A DNA stretch of 46,086 nt from Rhizaria sp. SCN 62-66 (taxonomy: Eukaryota). The DNA lies in contig MEDY01000053.1 in assembly GCA_001724265.1 (NCBI GenBank), forward strand, positions 62,001 to 108,086, read 5' to 3'. The notes below the pieces were generated by a model. That model was not told the origin of the DNA. It did no database searches and worked only from the letters and a program-made list of their open reading frames with translations. Of the stretch, positions 45,201 through 46,086 are shown one piece after another (position 1 is the stretch's first letter; the number at the start of each line of letters is the position of its first letter). Made by a program: the position numbers and the translations under genes.

Positions 45201-46086
45201 GGCGCCTGCAGCGCGGCCTGCTCCAGCGCGTTGCTGCGCAGCGGCGCCAGCAGCGCGAAGTCCGGCGCCACGTCCCACTCCGCGCCGTCTGCGGAGCCGG
45301 CATTGGCACTGCTCGCGGTCGCGGCCGCGGCCGCAGTCGCGTGCGGCGAGGGGAGGCCGAGGCGCGCGTAGCCCGCGGCGGCCGCGGCGGCGGTGGCGGC
45401 GGCGGCGTCCAGGTCTGCCGCGGTGCGGCCGCGCTCATCCTGAGCGGCAAAGGGCGAGAGCGCGAGCGGCGTGCTAAGCAGCAGCACGAGCAGCCGGCTG
45501 GCCAGCGCAAAGGACAGCGAGTCCTCGGCCGCGAAGAGCGAGCGCACGACGATGCCCACGCCGCCCGCCTCAAACACGCGGCCGCGCAGCGCGCGCGACA
45601 GCCCCGGCGGCGCGCCCAGGCAGGGCACTTGCACGCGCGCGAGCGCCTCTGCGCCCACGGTCGCGCCCGCGATCCCCGCAGCAGCGGAGCCCCCGGCCCC
45701 CGCGCGCGTGTGCGTGTGCGCGTGCGCGGCCGCGAAGCCGTGCGGCAGCGCCAGCAGCCCCGCGAGCGCGCACAGCGCGGCGGGCTCATCGGTCAGCAGC
45801 GCGCTCAGCCAGTGGCTCGGTGGCACCCACACGGCCGTCGCGGCCGCCGCGGCCTGGCCCAGCGGCGCCGACACAGACGCGGCCGCGCCCATGGCCGCGA
45901 ACGCGTACAGCGTCGCCGCGTCGAACCGTGCACGCGCTGCCGAGGCGTTGCCGCTCGGGGTCGCCGCGGCGGCTGCGGCGCCGGCTGCGGCGGCCGGGGG
46001 CAGCGCGGCGGCCACGGCGGCGGCGATGGCGGGCCCCGCCGCGGCGGCGAGCGGCGCGGCGCGGCAGTCGGCGCGGTAGGCTTGCG
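36078..46086 (-). CDS. Very large uncharacterised ARM/HEAT-like, low-complexity protein (>3290 aa, 5' end outside the window); exons >46084-41327 and 41216-36078
   Basis: ORFs 41318..46015 and 36078..41153 join in frame via intron 41326-41217 (ATCCAG|GTGCGT...ctttctcactccag|GCTGCA). The frame stays open to the window edge. ARM/HEAT-like stretches include GAAPLLLRLVQSPTVPAPVKAPAARALALLL and ALLDAPHAGLRAAGVDLLLLL. Stop TGA. Confidence 0.75.
36217..36250 (+). repeat. (CCCGAG)n hexamer repeat encoding (GS)n in the ARM-like protein
   Basis: cccgagcccgagcccgagcccgagcccgagcccg. Confidence 0.85.
41217..41326 (-). other. Spliceosomal intron of the large ARM-like gene, 110 nt
   Basis: CAG|GTGCGT...ctttctcactccag|GCT; phase 0; the only AT-rich island in 10 kb. 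Confidence 0.88.

Noticed and set aside
1-46086. CRISPR arrays, transposons or prokaryotic operons
   Set aside because: Repeats are only coding microsatellites. I see no spacer-repeat arrays, transposase or RT motifs, or terminal repeats, and the spliceosomal introns, ELP4 and KRI1 show the DNA is eukaryotic.

Overview
Gene-dense window from a eukaryotic (probably protist) genome, with very GC-rich, Ala/Ser/Gly low-complexity-inflated exons and short AT-rich introns and spacers. I can support six protein-coding genes. (1) A giant, apparently intronless + strand gene, 312-21569 (~7085 codons), with two PH-like domains, a STE20/MST-like kinase domain, several MAPK-docking-like motifs and a C-terminal MAP2K (STE7)-like kinase domain. 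The ORF track splits it in two only because of one in-frame TAG (12369-12371), which lies inside the first kinase domain just before an intact subdomain XI. (2) A type II membrane-anchored GH1 beta-glucosidase. (3) A 4-exon PPPDE/DESI1-type peptidase with a PUL-like C-terminus. (4) ELP4. (5) A 4-exon KRI1, divergent from ELP4. (6) A >3290-aa ARM/HEAT-like protein on the - strand that runs off the window end. The main leads are the tandem MAP4K+MAP2K single-chain architecture and the likely recoded UAG within it (code reassignment, readthrough, A-to-I editing, or error/null allele). None of the six genes ends in TAG. All nine inferred introns have unusual GTRYG donors. All assignments come from reading motifs by eye; no database search was run.
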